Source: Verrucomicrobiales bacterium
GTDB lineage: Bacteria; Verrucomicrobiota; Verrucomicrobiia; Verrucomicrobiales; DEV007
Length of the DNA: 64,000 bases
NCBI GenBank assembly: GCA_016795505.1
Contig: JAEUHH010000005.1
Coordinates: forward strand, 91,979 to 155,978
Reading direction: 5' to 3'
Below are positions 9,017 to 18,299 of this stretch, one piece after another. The translations under genes were made by a program, and so were the position numbers. Position 1 is the stretch's first letter. Each line of letters starts with the position of its first letter. The notes under the pieces are model-generated. The model did no database searches. It saw only the letters and a program-made list of their open reading frames with translations, and had not been told where the DNA came from.

Positions 9017-10113
9017 CGATCCTCCACGCCGTCGAATCGCTCTCCCGTCAGGCCGGCGGTCTGCCCGTCGCGGTGGCGGGCATCGCCGGGTCCGTGGTGG
9101 CGGAGGCCCGCTGCACGGTGCTCGCGGCGGAGCGGCCCAACGAATCGGACTTTCCCCTGCCTTCCGGCGTGGAACGACTGACCAACCGGCGATCGGCGAT
9201 CGATGGCTGCACCCTGGTGCATCAGCACGGCCTGTGGGCTCCGCTCCCGGTGTGGGCTGGCCGGGCCGCCCGGCGCCGGGGTGTGCCGCTGCTGATCTCG
9301 CCCCATGGCATGCTGGAACCCTGGGCGCTGAACCATCACGCCTGGCGGAAACGGCTCGCCTGGATGGCTTATCAGAAAGGAAATCTGGAATCCGCCGCCG
9401 CACTGCATGCCACTTCGGCGGGGGAAGCCGGTCATTTCCGGGATCTGGGCCTGACGCGGCCCATCGCCGTCATTCCCCTCGGGTTGGAGCCGATTCCCGC
9501 CGCCCCGCTTGATCCGGCGGCCGTTACGGCGCCTCGGGAACGGCGGCAGCTTCTGTTCCTGTCGCGGCTGCATCCGAAAAAGGGCCTCGACCATCTGCTC
9601 CCGGCTTGGGCCGCGGTGAAGGCGCCGGACTGGGAGTTGATCATCGCGGGCATGGACGAGGGCGGCCATCGTGCGGCCATGGAGGGGCTGACCGATCGGC
9701 TGGGCATCGCGGACCGGGTGCGGTTTGTCGGACCGCTGCACGGTGCGGCGAAGGACACCGCTTTTCGACGGGCGGATGTGTTCGTGTTGCCCTCGCATTC
9801 GGAAAACTTCGGCTTCGTCGTGGGCGAGGCCCTTCAGTATGGTTTGCCGGTGATCACGACGACCGGGACGCCCTGGCAAGGGCTCCTGGAGGAGGGTTGT
9901 GGCTGGCAGGTGGCGCCCGAGTCGGAGCCGATTGCCGGAGCCCTGCGCGCGGCGGTGGCGCTTTCTGACGAGCAGCGCCGGGCGATGGGGCGGCGCGGGG
10001 CGGCGTGGATGGAGCGCGAATACGGCTGGGCCGCTCTCGGGCCGCGCTATTTGGCCGTCTATCGCTGGCTGTCGGGTGAGGGCCGGCCTCCCGGTGACCT
10101 GCTGGCGCATTGA
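9013..10113 (+). CDS. family 4 (GT-B) glycosyltransferase
   Basis: The GT4 C-terminal signature is present: SHSENFGFVVGEALQYGLPVITT (EX7E-type). ATGA overlap with the upstream gene at 9013-9016. Confidence 0.8.
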   Translation: MTILHAVESLSRQAGGLPVAVAGIAGSVVAEARCTVLAAERPNESDFPLPSGVERLTNRRSAIDGCTLVHQHGLWAPLPVWAGRAARRRGVPLLISPHGMLEPWALNHHAWRKRLAWMAYQKGNLESAAALHATSAGEAGHFRDLGLTRPIAVIPLGLEPIPAAPLDPAAVTAPRERRQLLFLSRLHPKKGLDHLLPAWAAVKAPDWELIIAGMDEGGHRAAMEGLTDRLGIADRVRFVGPLHGAAKDTAFRRADVFVLPSHSENFGFVVGEALQYGLPVITTTGTPWQGLLEEGCGWQVAPESEPIAGALRAAVALSDEQRRAMGRRGAAWMEREYGWAALGPRYLAVYRWLSGEGRPPGDLLAH

Positions 10114-10171
10114 GCCCTCGCCAAGCCCGGGGTGGCGCGGGGGAGCGCTCCGTGGCATCGTTGCCGAATCC

Positions 10172-10732
10172 ATGACTGAGCCGGCTTCCGTCGATCTTTC
10201 CCAATACCAGCGCGGGTACTACGATCCCGGTCCTCCTGTATTGCGCGCCCTGTGGTATGTGGCGGGTCTGTTGTTCATCGAGTCGCCGATCCCCTGGCCG
10301 TATTCGATGAAGGCCGCGATCCTGAGATGGTTCGGCGCCTCGATCGGGGAGGGGGTGGTGCTCAAGCCGCGACTCAGGATCAAGTACCCCTGGTTCCTGA
10401 CGGTGGGCGATCACTGCTGGCTCGGTGAGGATCTGTGGATCGACAATCTGGCGGCCGTGCGAATCGGAAATCAGGTGTGCCTGTCCCAGGGGGCCTGTGT
10501 CCTGACGGGAAACCACGATCGGACCTCGCGGACTTTCGACCTGAGGCTGGCTCCGGTGGAAATCGGTGACGGTGCCTGGATCGGCGCCCGCGCTCTGTTG
10601 TGTCCGGGCACCCGCGTGGGCGGGCTCGCCGTGGTGCAGGCGGGAGCCGTGGCCCATGGCGACATCGAGCCGGCCGGTATCTATGCGGGCAATCCCGCCG
10701 TCCGGATCGGCACGCGGGAAATCCGGTCATGA
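10172..10732 (+). CDS. WcaF-like polysaccharide O-acetyltransferase (hexapeptide-repeat, left-handed beta-helix)
   Basis: YPWFLTVGDHCWLGEDLWIDNLAAVRIGNQVCLSQGACVLTGNHD...GAWIGARALLCPGTRVG shows hexapeptide repeats and resembles colanic-acid WcaF. The track ORF starts at 9899; the start is trimmed to the ATG at 10172. Confidence 0.75.
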   Translation: MTEPASVDLSQYQRGYYDPGPPVLRALWYVAGLLFIESPIPWPYSMKAAILRWFGASIGEGVVLKPRLRIKYPWFLTVGDHCWLGEDLWIDNLAAVRIGNQVCLSQGACVLTGNHDRTSRTFDLRLAPVEIGDGAWIGARALLCPGTRVGGLAVVQAGAVAHGDIEPAGIYAGNPAVRIGTREIRS

Positions 10733-11622
10733 GCGAGGCTGGCTTCCCAGACACCGGCCGCCGGGTGCGGGCGCCGATTCTTATCGTCGGCAGCCCGCGA
10801 TCGGGCACCACCTGGCTGGGCCAGCGACTCGGCTGCCATCCCCAGGTCGCCTACTGGGAGGAGCCCCGGCCCATCTGGTCGATCGGCCATGCCTGGCGTG
10901 ACGACGACACCCTCGATGCGGATGACCTGACGCCCGTGATCGCCCGACGGATCGACGCCCGCTTTGCTGAATTCCTCGCTGAATCGGGCAGGCAGCGGTT
11001 TGGAGAGAAAACGCCGAGCAACTGCCTGCGGCTGCGTTTCATCGCCGCGCTCTATCCGGATGCGCGCGTCATCCACCTGGTGCGGGACGGCCGTGCCGTG
11101 GTCGCCTCGATGCTGAAGATGCTGGACAGGGCGCCGGACCGCGGGCGCGTCGCGGCCCGCTGGCGGGAGACGCCCTGGCGGGACCTGCCGACGCTGGCTC
11201 CGCTGTTTTTTCGCGATGTGGTGGGGCGGGCGCTCCGTGGGTCCAAGTCCCACTGGGGGCCGCGGCCTCCGGGTTGGCGGGACTGGCTCGATCTGCCTCC
11301 GGCCACCCGGTTGGCGCGCCAGTGGCGGGTCCTGGTCGAGACCGCCCGTCGCGATCTGGGGGCGTTTCCCCCGGAAAACACGCTGACCATGCGCTATGAA
11401 GACCTCACCGCGTCTCCGGCGATCTGGCTGGAGCGAATCCTGGCCACAGCCGGTCTGGAACTTGATCGGGACTGGCTGGCCGGGGCCGTTGACAGCGCGC
11501 AGTCCGATCCCGCCGGGGCGTGGCGACAGCAATTGAGCTCCGATCAGGTCCGGGCGGTGGAGGCCGAGGCCGGTTCGCTGCTCAACGAACTAGGATATCA
11601 ACCGGACTTTCCCCAATCGTGA
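10729..11622 (+). CDS. sulfotransferase family protein (second copy)
   Basis: ILIVGSPRSGTTWLGQRL is a PSB loop and RVIHLVRDGRAVVASM is a 3'-PB motif. ATGA overlap with the WcaF-like gene at 10729-10732. Confidence 0.75.
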   Translation: MSEAGFPDTGRRVRAPILIVGSPRSGTTWLGQRLGCHPQVAYWEEPRPIWSIGHAWRDDDTLDADDLTPVIARRIDARFAEFLAESGRQRFGEKTPSNCLRLRFIAALYPDARVIHLVRDGRAVVASMLKMLDRAPDRGRVAARWRETPWRDLPTLAPLFFRDVVGRALRGSKSHWGPRPPGWRDWLDLPPATRLARQWRVLVETARRDLGAFPPENTLTMRYEDLTASPAIWLERILATAGLELDRDWLAGAVDSAQSDPAGAWRQQLSSDQVRAVEAEAGSLLNELGYQPDFPQS

Positions 11623-12410
11623 AAATCACCGTCATCACCGTCTGCCGAAACGCGGTGGACACCATCCGCGACTGCATCGAGTCGGTTTCGGCCCAGACCC
11701 ATCCGGAGGTGGAGCATTGGATCATCGACGGCGACTCCACCGACGGCACCCGCCAGTTGCTGGTGGCGATGCAGGCAGAACATGGCTTTCATCTGCTATC
11801 CGAGCCGGATCGGGGCCTCTATGACGCCATGAACAAGGGCCTGGCTCGTGCCACGGGCGACGTGATTGGCTTTCTGAATGCCGACGATTGGTATGCCACC
11901 GAAACGGTGCTGGCCGAAGTCGCGGCGGCGCTCACCGATCCCGCGCCCCAGGCTTGCTACGGCGACCTCAGATACGTGGACCGCTGGGACAGCGACCGCG
12001 TGGTGCGCGACTGGATCGCCGGAGCTTACCAGCCGGGTGCGTTTTTTCGCGGCTGGATGCCACCGCATCCCACCTTTTTCGCCAGGGGCACCGTCTACAC
12101 GCGCTGGGGTGGCTTTGACACCCGCTATCGTTTCGGAGCGGATTGGGAACTGCTTTTCCGACTGTTCGAAGTCGCGAAAATCGAAACCGTTTACGTGCCG
12201 CGTCACTGGGTGACGATGCGCCTCGGCGGAGAGACGAACCGCAGCCTGCGCAACATCCTCGCCAATCACCGCGAATGCCTCGCCGCCTTCCGCCACCACG
12301 GGTACCGGGCCGGATGGCTGTTTCCGATTCGGAAAGTGGCGCATCGACTGCGACAGTTTCGGTGGCGCCAGCCGGAAAATCGGGACACGAATGAGGCCGG
12401 CGTCGCGTGA
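11619..12410 (+). CDS. family 2 glycosyltransferase
   Basis: ITVITVCRNAVDTIRDCIESV...WIIDGDSTDGT...FLNADD are GT-A motifs. It has a GTG start whose last base overlaps the stop of the upstream gene (GTGA). Confidence 0.75.
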   Translation: MKITVITVCRNAVDTIRDCIESVSAQTHPEVEHWIIDGDSTDGTRQLLVAMQAEHGFHLLSEPDRGLYDAMNKGLARATGDVIGFLNADDWYATETVLAEVAAALTDPAPQACYGDLRYVDRWDSDRVVRDWIAGAYQPGAFFRGWMPPHPTFFARGTVYTRWGGFDTRYRFGADWELLFRLFEVAKIETVYVPRHWVTMRLGGETNRSLRNILANHRECLAAFRHHGYRAGWLFPIRKVAHRLRQFRWRQPENRDTNEAGVA

Positions 12411-13471
12411 CCGCGTGCGCCGTTCTGCCAGCCGGACCGATGACTCCCCTCGACAGCATCCTCCTCTTTGGTGCCGTGGCCATTCCCGCGTGGCTGGCGG
12501 GATTCCCCCTGCGCGGCTGGCTGGCCCGGCGGGGCATTCTGGACCTGCCGAAAGCCTATTCGAGCCACGACCGGCCGGTGCCGCGTGGCGGCGGGCTGCT
12601 GGTGGTGGTGGCTTTTTTCGGCTGGTTCTTTTTCGGCAGCCATGAAGACCTGCCCGCGATCGGCTGGGTGGGGCTGGGCACGCTGGCGGTGGCGGCGATT
12701 TCTTTCCGCGATGACATCCAGCACCAGTCGCGGCGGCTGCGATTCGCCATCTACACGGTGGCGGCGGCGATCTTCGTCTTTGCCCTGCGGCATCATCCGG
12801 CGTTTGGCGCGTGGGGGCCCTTCTGGCTTTTCGCCCCGTGGCTGTGGCTCTGGGTGGCGGGATATGCCAATGCCCTGAACTTCATCGACGGCATCGACGG
12901 TCTTGCCGGTTCGCAGGCGGTCGGGGCCCTGCTGTTCGGTGCGGTGATCTGCCTGTTCGCGGAGCCCACCGGCGCCGCGGGGGAATTGGCCGCACTCCAG
13001 CTCGTGCTCGCCGGGGCGATGGCGGGTTTCCTCGGCCACAACCTGCCGCGGGCGCGGCTCTTCCTCGGGGATGTGGGCAGCATCGCGACCGGTTTTTTGC
13101 TCGCGGCGGTCGCGGTCCTCGCGGCCCTCACTCTGGGCTGGCAGGTCGGACTGGCGATGGCGGCGCTGCACCTCGGACCGGTGCTCGACACCGGCATCAC
13201 GCTGCTCCGGCGGATGATCCAGGGGCAGCCGGTCTACGAGCGCCACCGGGAGTTTTTCTTTCACCGCGCCATCCGGTCGGGCCGATCACATCTCTCCGTG
13301 ACGCTCACCGAGGCCGCGATCCAGGCGGGCGGGGGCGGACTGCTGCTCGTCGCCTGCCAACAGCCGGTGCCCACGTTTTTCCTGGCCATCGGCGGACTCG
13401 CCGCTGTCTGGCTGATCTTTTTCGGCTGGTGCGAATGGCGTTTCCGCCGCAGTCGGGTTGCCGGAAAATAG
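12407..13471 (+). CDS. polyprenyl-phosphate sugar-1-phosphate transferase (WecA/MraY family, GT4 of PNPT superfamily), likely initiating enzyme
   Basis: NALNFIDGIDGLAGS and the LGDVGS motif are present with about 10 TM helices. The start is either GTG at 12407 (GTGA overlap) or ATG at 12440. Confidence 0.8.
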   Translation: MTACAVLPAGPMTPLDSILLFGAVAIPAWLAGFPLRGWLARRGILDLPKAYSSHDRPVPRGGGLLVVVAFFGWFFFGSHEDLPAIGWVGLGTLAVAAISFRDDIQHQSRRLRFAIYTVAAAIFVFALRHHPAFGAWGPFWLFAPWLWLWVAGYANALNFIDGIDGLAGSQAVGALLFGAVICLFAEPTGAAGELAALQLVLAGAMAGFLGHNLPRARLFLGDVGSIATGFLLAAVAVLAALTLGWQVGLAMAALHLGPVLDTGITLLRRMIQGQPVYERHREFFFHRAIRSGRSHLSVTLTEAAIQAGGGGLLLVACQQPVPTFFLAIGGLAAVWLIFFGWCEWRFRRSRVAGK

Positions 13472-13498
13472 CAGGAATGCCCGTGGGCAATTGCCGAC

Positions 13499-14998
13499 TC
13501 AGAGCTTCACATACGGTGCCAGACCGTGGAGCCCGCCCTCGCGGCCGAAACCGCTTTCCTTGTAGCCGCCGAAGGGACTGGTGGGATCGAACTGGTTGTA
13601 GGTGTTCGCCCAGATCACCCCGGCCTTGAGTTGATTGGCGAGTTTGAAAATCTTGCTCCCCTTGTCGGTCCAGATGCCGGCGCTGAGCCCGTAGCAGGTG
13701 TTGTTGGCGCGCTCCACCGCTTCCTCGGGCGTGCGGAAGGTCAGCACGCTGAGCACCGGGCCGAAAATCTCCTCGCGGGCGATGCGGTGGCTCGGGGTGA
13801 CGCCGGTGAAAAAGCTGGGGCGAAACCAAAGTCCATTTTCCGGCAGCGGGCACCGGGATTGGAACAGCTCCGCGCCTTCGGCCAGCCCCGAGTCCACCAG
13901 TTCCTGGATGCGCCCGAGCTGCTCGCCGGAATTGATGGCCCCGACATCGGTGTTCTTATCGAGCGGATCGCCCACTCGCAGGGTCTGGATGCGGTCGCGG
14001 AGCTTGCGCACCACGGCATCGTGCACGCCCTCCTGCACCAGCAGGCGGCTGCCGGCACAGCAGACGTGCCCCTGATTGAAGTAAATGCCGTTGACGATGC
14101 CCTCCACTGCCTGATCCAGCGGCGCATCCTCGAAGACAATGTTCGCCGCCTTGCCTCCCAACTCGAGAGTCAGACGCTTGCCCGTCCCGGCCACGGCGGC
14201 GGCGATTCTCTTGCCGACTTCGGTGGATCCGGTAAAGGCGACCTTGTCGATGCCAGGATGCCTCACCAGGGCGGCGCCGACATCGCCGGCACCGGTCACG
14301 ATGTTGACCACGCCCTCCGGCAGGCCGGCGTCCTGAAAAATCCGCGCCAGATGCATCGCGGTGATGGAGGTGGTCTCAGCCGGTTTCAGCACCACGGTGT
14401 TCCCACAGGCCAGGGCGGGAGCAATCTTCCATGCCGCCATCAGGAGGGGAAAGTTCCACGGGATCACCTGCCCCGCGACGCCGAGAGGCCGGGGTTTTCG
14501 ACCGGGAAAGGCATACTCCAGCTTGTCCGCCCAGCCGGCATAATGGAAAAAATGGGCCGCCACGAGCGGCAGATCGATGTCGCGGCTCTCCTTGATTGGT
14601 TTGCCGCCGTCCAGACTCTCGAGGATGGCCAGTTCGCGGGATTTCTCCTGAATCAGCCGGGCGATCCGGAACAGGTATTTTCCCCGCTCCGCCCCGGACA
14701 GGCGGCCCCAGACCCGGCCCTGAGCGGCACGGGCCGCCTGGACGGCGCGATCCACATCGGCTTCGCCGGCTTCCGCGAGACGGGCGAGCCGCTCCCCGGT
14801 GGCGGGATTGATCGACCAGAAGGATCGGCCGCTCTGCGCGGGCACGAATTTTCCGCCGATGAAGAGATCGTAGGACTTTTGCAGCGGTACCGGAGTCGTC
14901 TCCGGTGCCGGCGCGTACTCCCAGGCTGAGCCGAAAGTCAGCGCGGGAGAAGGCTGGGGAGCGGAAGGAGGTGATTTCGATTTGCGGGAGGTAGCCAT
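13499..14998 (-). CDS. NAD(P)+-dependent aldehyde dehydrogenase
   Basis: The family hallmarks are present: GQVIPWNFPLLMAAWKIAPALACGNTVVLKPAE, the ELGGK catalytic-Glu block and FNQGHVCCAGSR with the catalytic Cys. The start is trimmed to the ATG at 14998 (MATSRKSK). Confidence 0.85.
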   Translation of the reverse strand: MATSRKSKSPPSAPQPSPALTFGSAWEYAPAPETTPVPLQKSYDLFIGGKFVPAQSGRSFWSINPATGERLARLAEAGEADVDRAVQAARAAQGRVWGRLSGAERGKYLFRIARLIQEKSRELAILESLDGGKPIKESRDIDLPLVAAHFFHYAGWADKLEYAFPGRKPRPLGVAGQVIPWNFPLLMAAWKIAPALACGNTVVLKPAETTSITAMHLARIFQDAGLPEGVVNIVTGAGDVGAALVRHPGIDKVAFTGSTEVGKRIAAAVAGTGKRLTLELGGKAANIVFEDAPLDQAVEGIVNGIYFNQGHVCCAGSRLLVQEGVHDAVVRKLRDRIQTLRVGDPLDKNTDVGAINSGEQLGRIQELVDSGLAEGAELFQSRCPLPENGLWFRPSFFTGVTPSHRIAREEIFGPVLSVLTFRTPEEAVERANNTCYGLSAGIWTDKGSKIFKLANQLKAGVIWANTYNQFDPTSPFGGYKESGFGREGGLHGLAPYVKL

Positions 14999-15131
14999 GG
15001 CGATCGGTCGCCGCCATTTAGGACACAAATTTCCCTTTCGGGAAAGGAGTATTCTGGAGCCATCTGAAAAGCCGGTGGCGATTCTGCATTTGACACCTTT
15101 TAAGGCAAATGTTACATACCAACCGGTTTGT

Positions 15132-15791
15132 ATGTCCAAGAAAGCCGCCACTCGTTCCCGCGAGCGCGATCCCGCTGCCACCCGGCAGCGGCTGATCGAC
15201 GCGGCGGTGCGGCTGATGCTCAAGCAGGGCTTCGCCGGGACATCGGTGGATCAGATCTGTGCCGAAGCCGGGCTGACCAAGGGCAGCTTTTTCCACCATT
15301 TCGAAAGCAAGGAAGCCCTCGCCGAGGCGGCAGTGGCCTGGTGGGGACGGATGGGCAGCTCCCTCTACGCGGCGGCGTGGGAAAACACCTCGGCCGGTCC
15401 GCTGGAGCGGCTCCACCAGATGCTCGACATCATGAGTGGCTTCACCCGTCGCGAGGGTGAGGATTGCGTCTGCATGGTCGGCATGATGTCGCAGGAACTC
15501 GCGGCGACGCATCCGGCGATGCAGGCGGCCTGCGGCCGGGAGCTGCAACACTGGACCGACCAGGTCGCCCGGCTGCTGACGGAGGCCCGGGAACAGCTCC
15601 AGCCTGTCACCGACTTCGATCCGGAGGAAGTCGCCTGGTTTCTCAACAGCCTGTGGCAGGGATCAATGCTCGTCGGCAAGGCGAGCGGCTCGCAGGCTCT
15701 CATCCGCGCCAATCTCCAGCTCGCCCGCGATTTCGTGGACGGGCTGTTCGCCAATCCGCCGGTTCTTCCGGTCGTTCATCAACCCAGCTGA
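15132..15791 (+). CDS. TetR/AcrR-family transcriptional regulator
   Basis: The N-terminal HTH RQRLIDAAVRLMLKQGFAGTSVDQICAEAGLTKGSFFHHFESKEAL is present. It is divergent from the aldehyde dehydrogenase gene with a 133-bp shared intergenic region. Confidence 0.85.
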   Translation: MSKKAATRSRERDPAATRQRLIDAAVRLMLKQGFAGTSVDQICAEAGLTKGSFFHHFESKEALAEAAVAWWGRMGSSLYAAAWENTSAGPLERLHQMLDIMSGFTRREGEDCVCMVGMMSQELAATHPAMQAACGRELQHWTDQVARLLTEAREQLQPVTDFDPEEVAWFLNSLWQGSMLVGKASGSQALIRANLQLARDFVDGLFANPPVLPVVHQPS

Positions 15792-15795
15792 ATCC

Positions 15796-16335
15796 ATGAT
15801 CAAGAAAATCGCCCTCGGCCTTGCCGCCGCCATCGTCATCGTGCTCGTCGTCGCATCGTTCCAATCGGACAGGATGCAGGTCACCCGGTCCGCCGTCATT
15901 CCTGCACCCCCAGCGGCGGTTTTCGGGGTGGTGAACGATTTCTCCCGCTGGCTGGCCTGGTCGCCGTGGGCGGATGTCGATCCCGCCATGAAATCGCGCC
16001 TGGAAGGCCCGACGAAGGGAGTGGGAGCCCAATTTCACTGGGAAGGCAATGCCGCCTGTGGCGCCGGCGTCTCCCATCTCACCGAAAGCCGCGAAAACGA
16101 ACTCGTGGCCATGCGCATCGACATGACGCGCCCCATGGAGGGCAGCACCGAGGTGCGCTTCACTTTCGCTCCGGAAGCCAACGGTACGCGGGTGACCTGG
16201 TCGATGGAAGCGACGAAGCCGTTTCTCGGGAAGGTGATGAGCCTGTTCATGGATTGTGAAAAACAATGCGGCGACGACTTCGACAAGGGGCTCGCCAATC
16301 TCGCCAAAGTCGTCACCGAAACACCGAAATCCTAA
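15796..16335 (+). CDS. SRPBCC (polyketide-cyclase/Bet v1-like) ligand-binding protein with N-terminal membrane anchor
   Basis: It has a TM/signal segment and then a Polyketide_cyc2-like fold (VNDFSRWLAWSPW...TRVTW). It starts 5 bp after the TetR stop. Confidence 0.65.
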   Translation: MIKKIALGLAAAIVIVLVVASFQSDRMQVTRSAVIPAPPAAVFGVVNDFSRWLAWSPWADVDPAMKSRLEGPTKGVGAQFHWEGNAACGAGVSHLTESRENELVAMRIDMTRPMEGSTEVRFTFAPEANGTRVTWSMEATKPFLGKVMSLFMDCEKQCGDDFDKGLANLAKVVTETPKS

Positions 16336-16353
16336 GCTGAATCCCATCCCGCC

Positions 16354-16818
16354 ATGCTTTCCCCACTTTCCCTCGTCCGGACGGAGGCTGTGCCCGCGGC
16401 GGCGATCCGTCTCACCGTGTCACGCGATCAGATCCAGGAGGTGATGTGCCCCGCCATCACCGAAGTCATCGATGCCGTCCTCGCCCAAGGCATCGGGCCG
16501 GCCGGGCCGCTCTATACCCACCATTTCCGGGTGGATCCCGACCGTTTCGATTTCGAGGTGGCCGTTCCCATCTCAGGTCCTCTGCAAGCGGTAGGCCGGG
16601 TGGTGGCTACAGAGACGCCGGCTGCCGACCGGGTCGCTCGCGTCATCTACACCGGTCCCTACGAGGGGCTGGAGGCCGCCTGGGGCGACTTCATGGGGCT
16701 AATCGGGGAAGCTGGCCACCAGCCCGGTCCCAACGCCTGGGAAAGCTACCTCACCGATCCCGCCGACACGCCGAATCCGGCCGATCACCGCACCGAACTC
16801 AACCGTCCCATTCTCTGA
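16354..16818 (+). CDS. GyrI-like small-molecule-binding domain protein
   Basis: It is about 150 aa with the pattern ...YTHHFRVDPDRFDFEVAVPI...VIYTGPYEGLEAAWGDFMGLI...WESY, typical of the AraC effector-binding/GyrI-like fold. Confidence 0.55.
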   Translation: MLSPLSLVRTEAVPAAAIRLTVSRDQIQEVMCPAITEVIDAVLAQGIGPAGPLYTHHFRVDPDRFDFEVAVPISGPLQAVGRVVATETPAADRVARVIYTGPYEGLEAAWGDFMGLIGEAGHQPGPNAWESYLTDPADTPNPADHRTELNRPIL

Positions 16819-16821
16819 ACC

Positions 16822-17304
16822 ATGTCCACCGACCCTTCCTCCCATTCCCCGCTTTCCGACCGCGAACTCATCCTGGTGCGCGAGACCGATGTGCCCCGTG
16901 AAAAGCTCTACGCCGGCTGGACCGACCCGGAGGCTTATCCGAGGTGGTTTTGCCCCAGGCCCTGGGCCGTCTCCGATGTCGAACTCGACGTGCGACCCGG
17001 CGGAGCCAGCCGGATGACGATCTGCGGACCGGATGGCGAGCGGGTTCCCAATCAGGGCGTTTACCTCGAAGTCGTCCCGAACGAAAAACTCGTCTTCACC
17101 GACGCCTACTTCGCGAAATGGGAGCCGAACCCCGAGCCGTTCATCACAGGAATCATTACCTTCGAGGCCCTTCCCGGCGGCGGCACCCGCTACACGGCCC
17201 GCGCCCGCCACTGGACCCGGGAGGCCTGCGAGAGACATGCCGCCATGGGATTCCACGAGGGTTGGGCCAAGGCCTTTGACCAGTTGGTGGAAATCTGCCG
17301 CTGA
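16822..17304 (+). CDS. SRPBCC/AHSA1-like (activator of Hsp90 ATPase homolog) domain protein
   Basis: ELILVRETDVPREKLYAGWTDPEAYPRWF...GPDGE...VYLEVVPNEKLVFTD matches the AHSA1/START-like family. Confidence 0.7.
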   Translation: MSTDPSSHSPLSDRELILVRETDVPREKLYAGWTDPEAYPRWFCPRPWAVSDVELDVRPGGASRMTICGPDGERVPNQGVYLEVVPNEKLVFTDAYFAKWEPNPEPFITGIITFEALPGGGTRYTARARHWTREACERHAAMGFHEGWAKAFDQLVEICR

Positions 17305-17356
17305 ATCGGCTTTCCCGCGCCCAACCCCCTTTCACTCAAGCCAAACCAAACCAGCC

Positions 17357-17824
17357 ATGTCCCGCGTCAGCACCTATCTGAACTTCCCCGGCAACACCGA
17401 AGAGGCATTCGCCTTTTACCAGTCGGTTTTCCAGACCGATTACTCCTGCCACATCGCCCGATTCAAAGACGCGCCGCCGAATCCCGACTGCCCGCCGCTC
17501 TCAGAAGCCGATGCGAATTTGATCCTGCACATCGAGCTGCCCATCCTCGGCGGTCACATCCTGATGGGCACCGATGCGCCGGAGTCGATGGGCTTCCAGT
17601 GTCGGCCCGGCAACAACGTCCACCTCAATCTCGAACCAGACACGCGTGAGGAAGCGGAGCGGCTCTTCCACGCCCTCTCTGTCGGCGGGCAGGTCGAGAT
17701 GCCATTGCAGGACATGTTCTGGGGGGCCTATTTCGGCTCTTTCTCCGATCGTTTCGGCATCCACTGGATGGTGAATTGTGCGGCTCCTGCCGAAAATGAT
17801 GCCCCGGGCGAACGCAATGGGTGA
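17357..17824 (+). CDS. VOC-family (glyoxalase/PhnB-like) protein
   Basis: MSRVSTYLNFPGNTEEAFAFYQSVF...LHIELPILGGHILMGTD...EMPLQDMFWGAYFGSFSDRFGIHWMVN is a 3-demethylubiquinone-9 3-methyltransferase-like/PhnB fold. The start is trimmed to the ATG at 17357. Confidence 0.7.
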   Translation: MSRVSTYLNFPGNTEEAFAFYQSVFQTDYSCHIARFKDAPPNPDCPPLSEADANLILHIELPILGGHILMGTDAPESMGFQCRPGNNVHLNLEPDTREEAERLFHALSVGGQVEMPLQDMFWGAYFGSFSDRFGIHWMVNCAAPAENDAPGERNG

Positions 17825-17848
17825 CAGAAGCCCGATTCCCTCACCATC

Positions 17849-18280
17849 ATGCCGTTTTCCGTCAAAACCCCGCCATCTCCCATGAAATACGCCTCCCTCA
17901 TCGCCTCCATCCTGCTGGGTGGACTCTTCGTCATGTCCGCCGTCACCGTGCTGTTCGGCTTGGCGCCCACCCCGGAATTGCCGAAGGACACGCCCATGTG
18001 GCATTTCATGACCGCGTTCGCTCCGACCGGCTACCTCACTTTTGTCAAAGTGCTGGAACTGCTCGGAGGACTACTCGTCGTCATTCCCAGGACGCGAAAC
18101 CTCGGCCTGCTCGTGCTGGGGCCGATCATCGTGAACATCTTCGCCTTTCACCAGTTCGTCGCCGGCGATGGCATCTTCCAGCCCATGCTCATCGGCATCG
18201 CGGTGCTTTCACTGTTCCTCCTTTGGAGCGGACGACAGGCCTGGATGGGGCTGCTTGGCAGAGCGAGCCGACCCTCGTAA
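17849..18280 (+). CDS. DoxX-like small integral membrane protein
   Basis: It has four predicted TM helices and a DoxX-like pattern (GLLVVIPRTRNLGLLVLGPIIVNIFAFH). Confidence 0.55.
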   Translation: MPFSVKTPPSPMKYASLIASILLGGLFVMSAVTVLFGLAPTPELPKDTPMWHFMTAFAPTGYLTFVKVLELLGGLLVVIPRTRNLGLLVLGPIIVNIFAFHQFVAGDGIFQPMLIGIAVLSLFLLWSGRQAWMGLLGRASRPS

Positions 18281-18299
18281 CCCGAAACGCCTTTGGGTC

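Noticed and set aside
7331-10173. Reverse-strand ORFs of 497 and 411 aa opposite the Wzy-like and GT4 genes
   Set aside because: They are Arg/Gly/His-rich low-complexity translations with no motifs. The forward genes fit the operon, with 4-bp overlaps.
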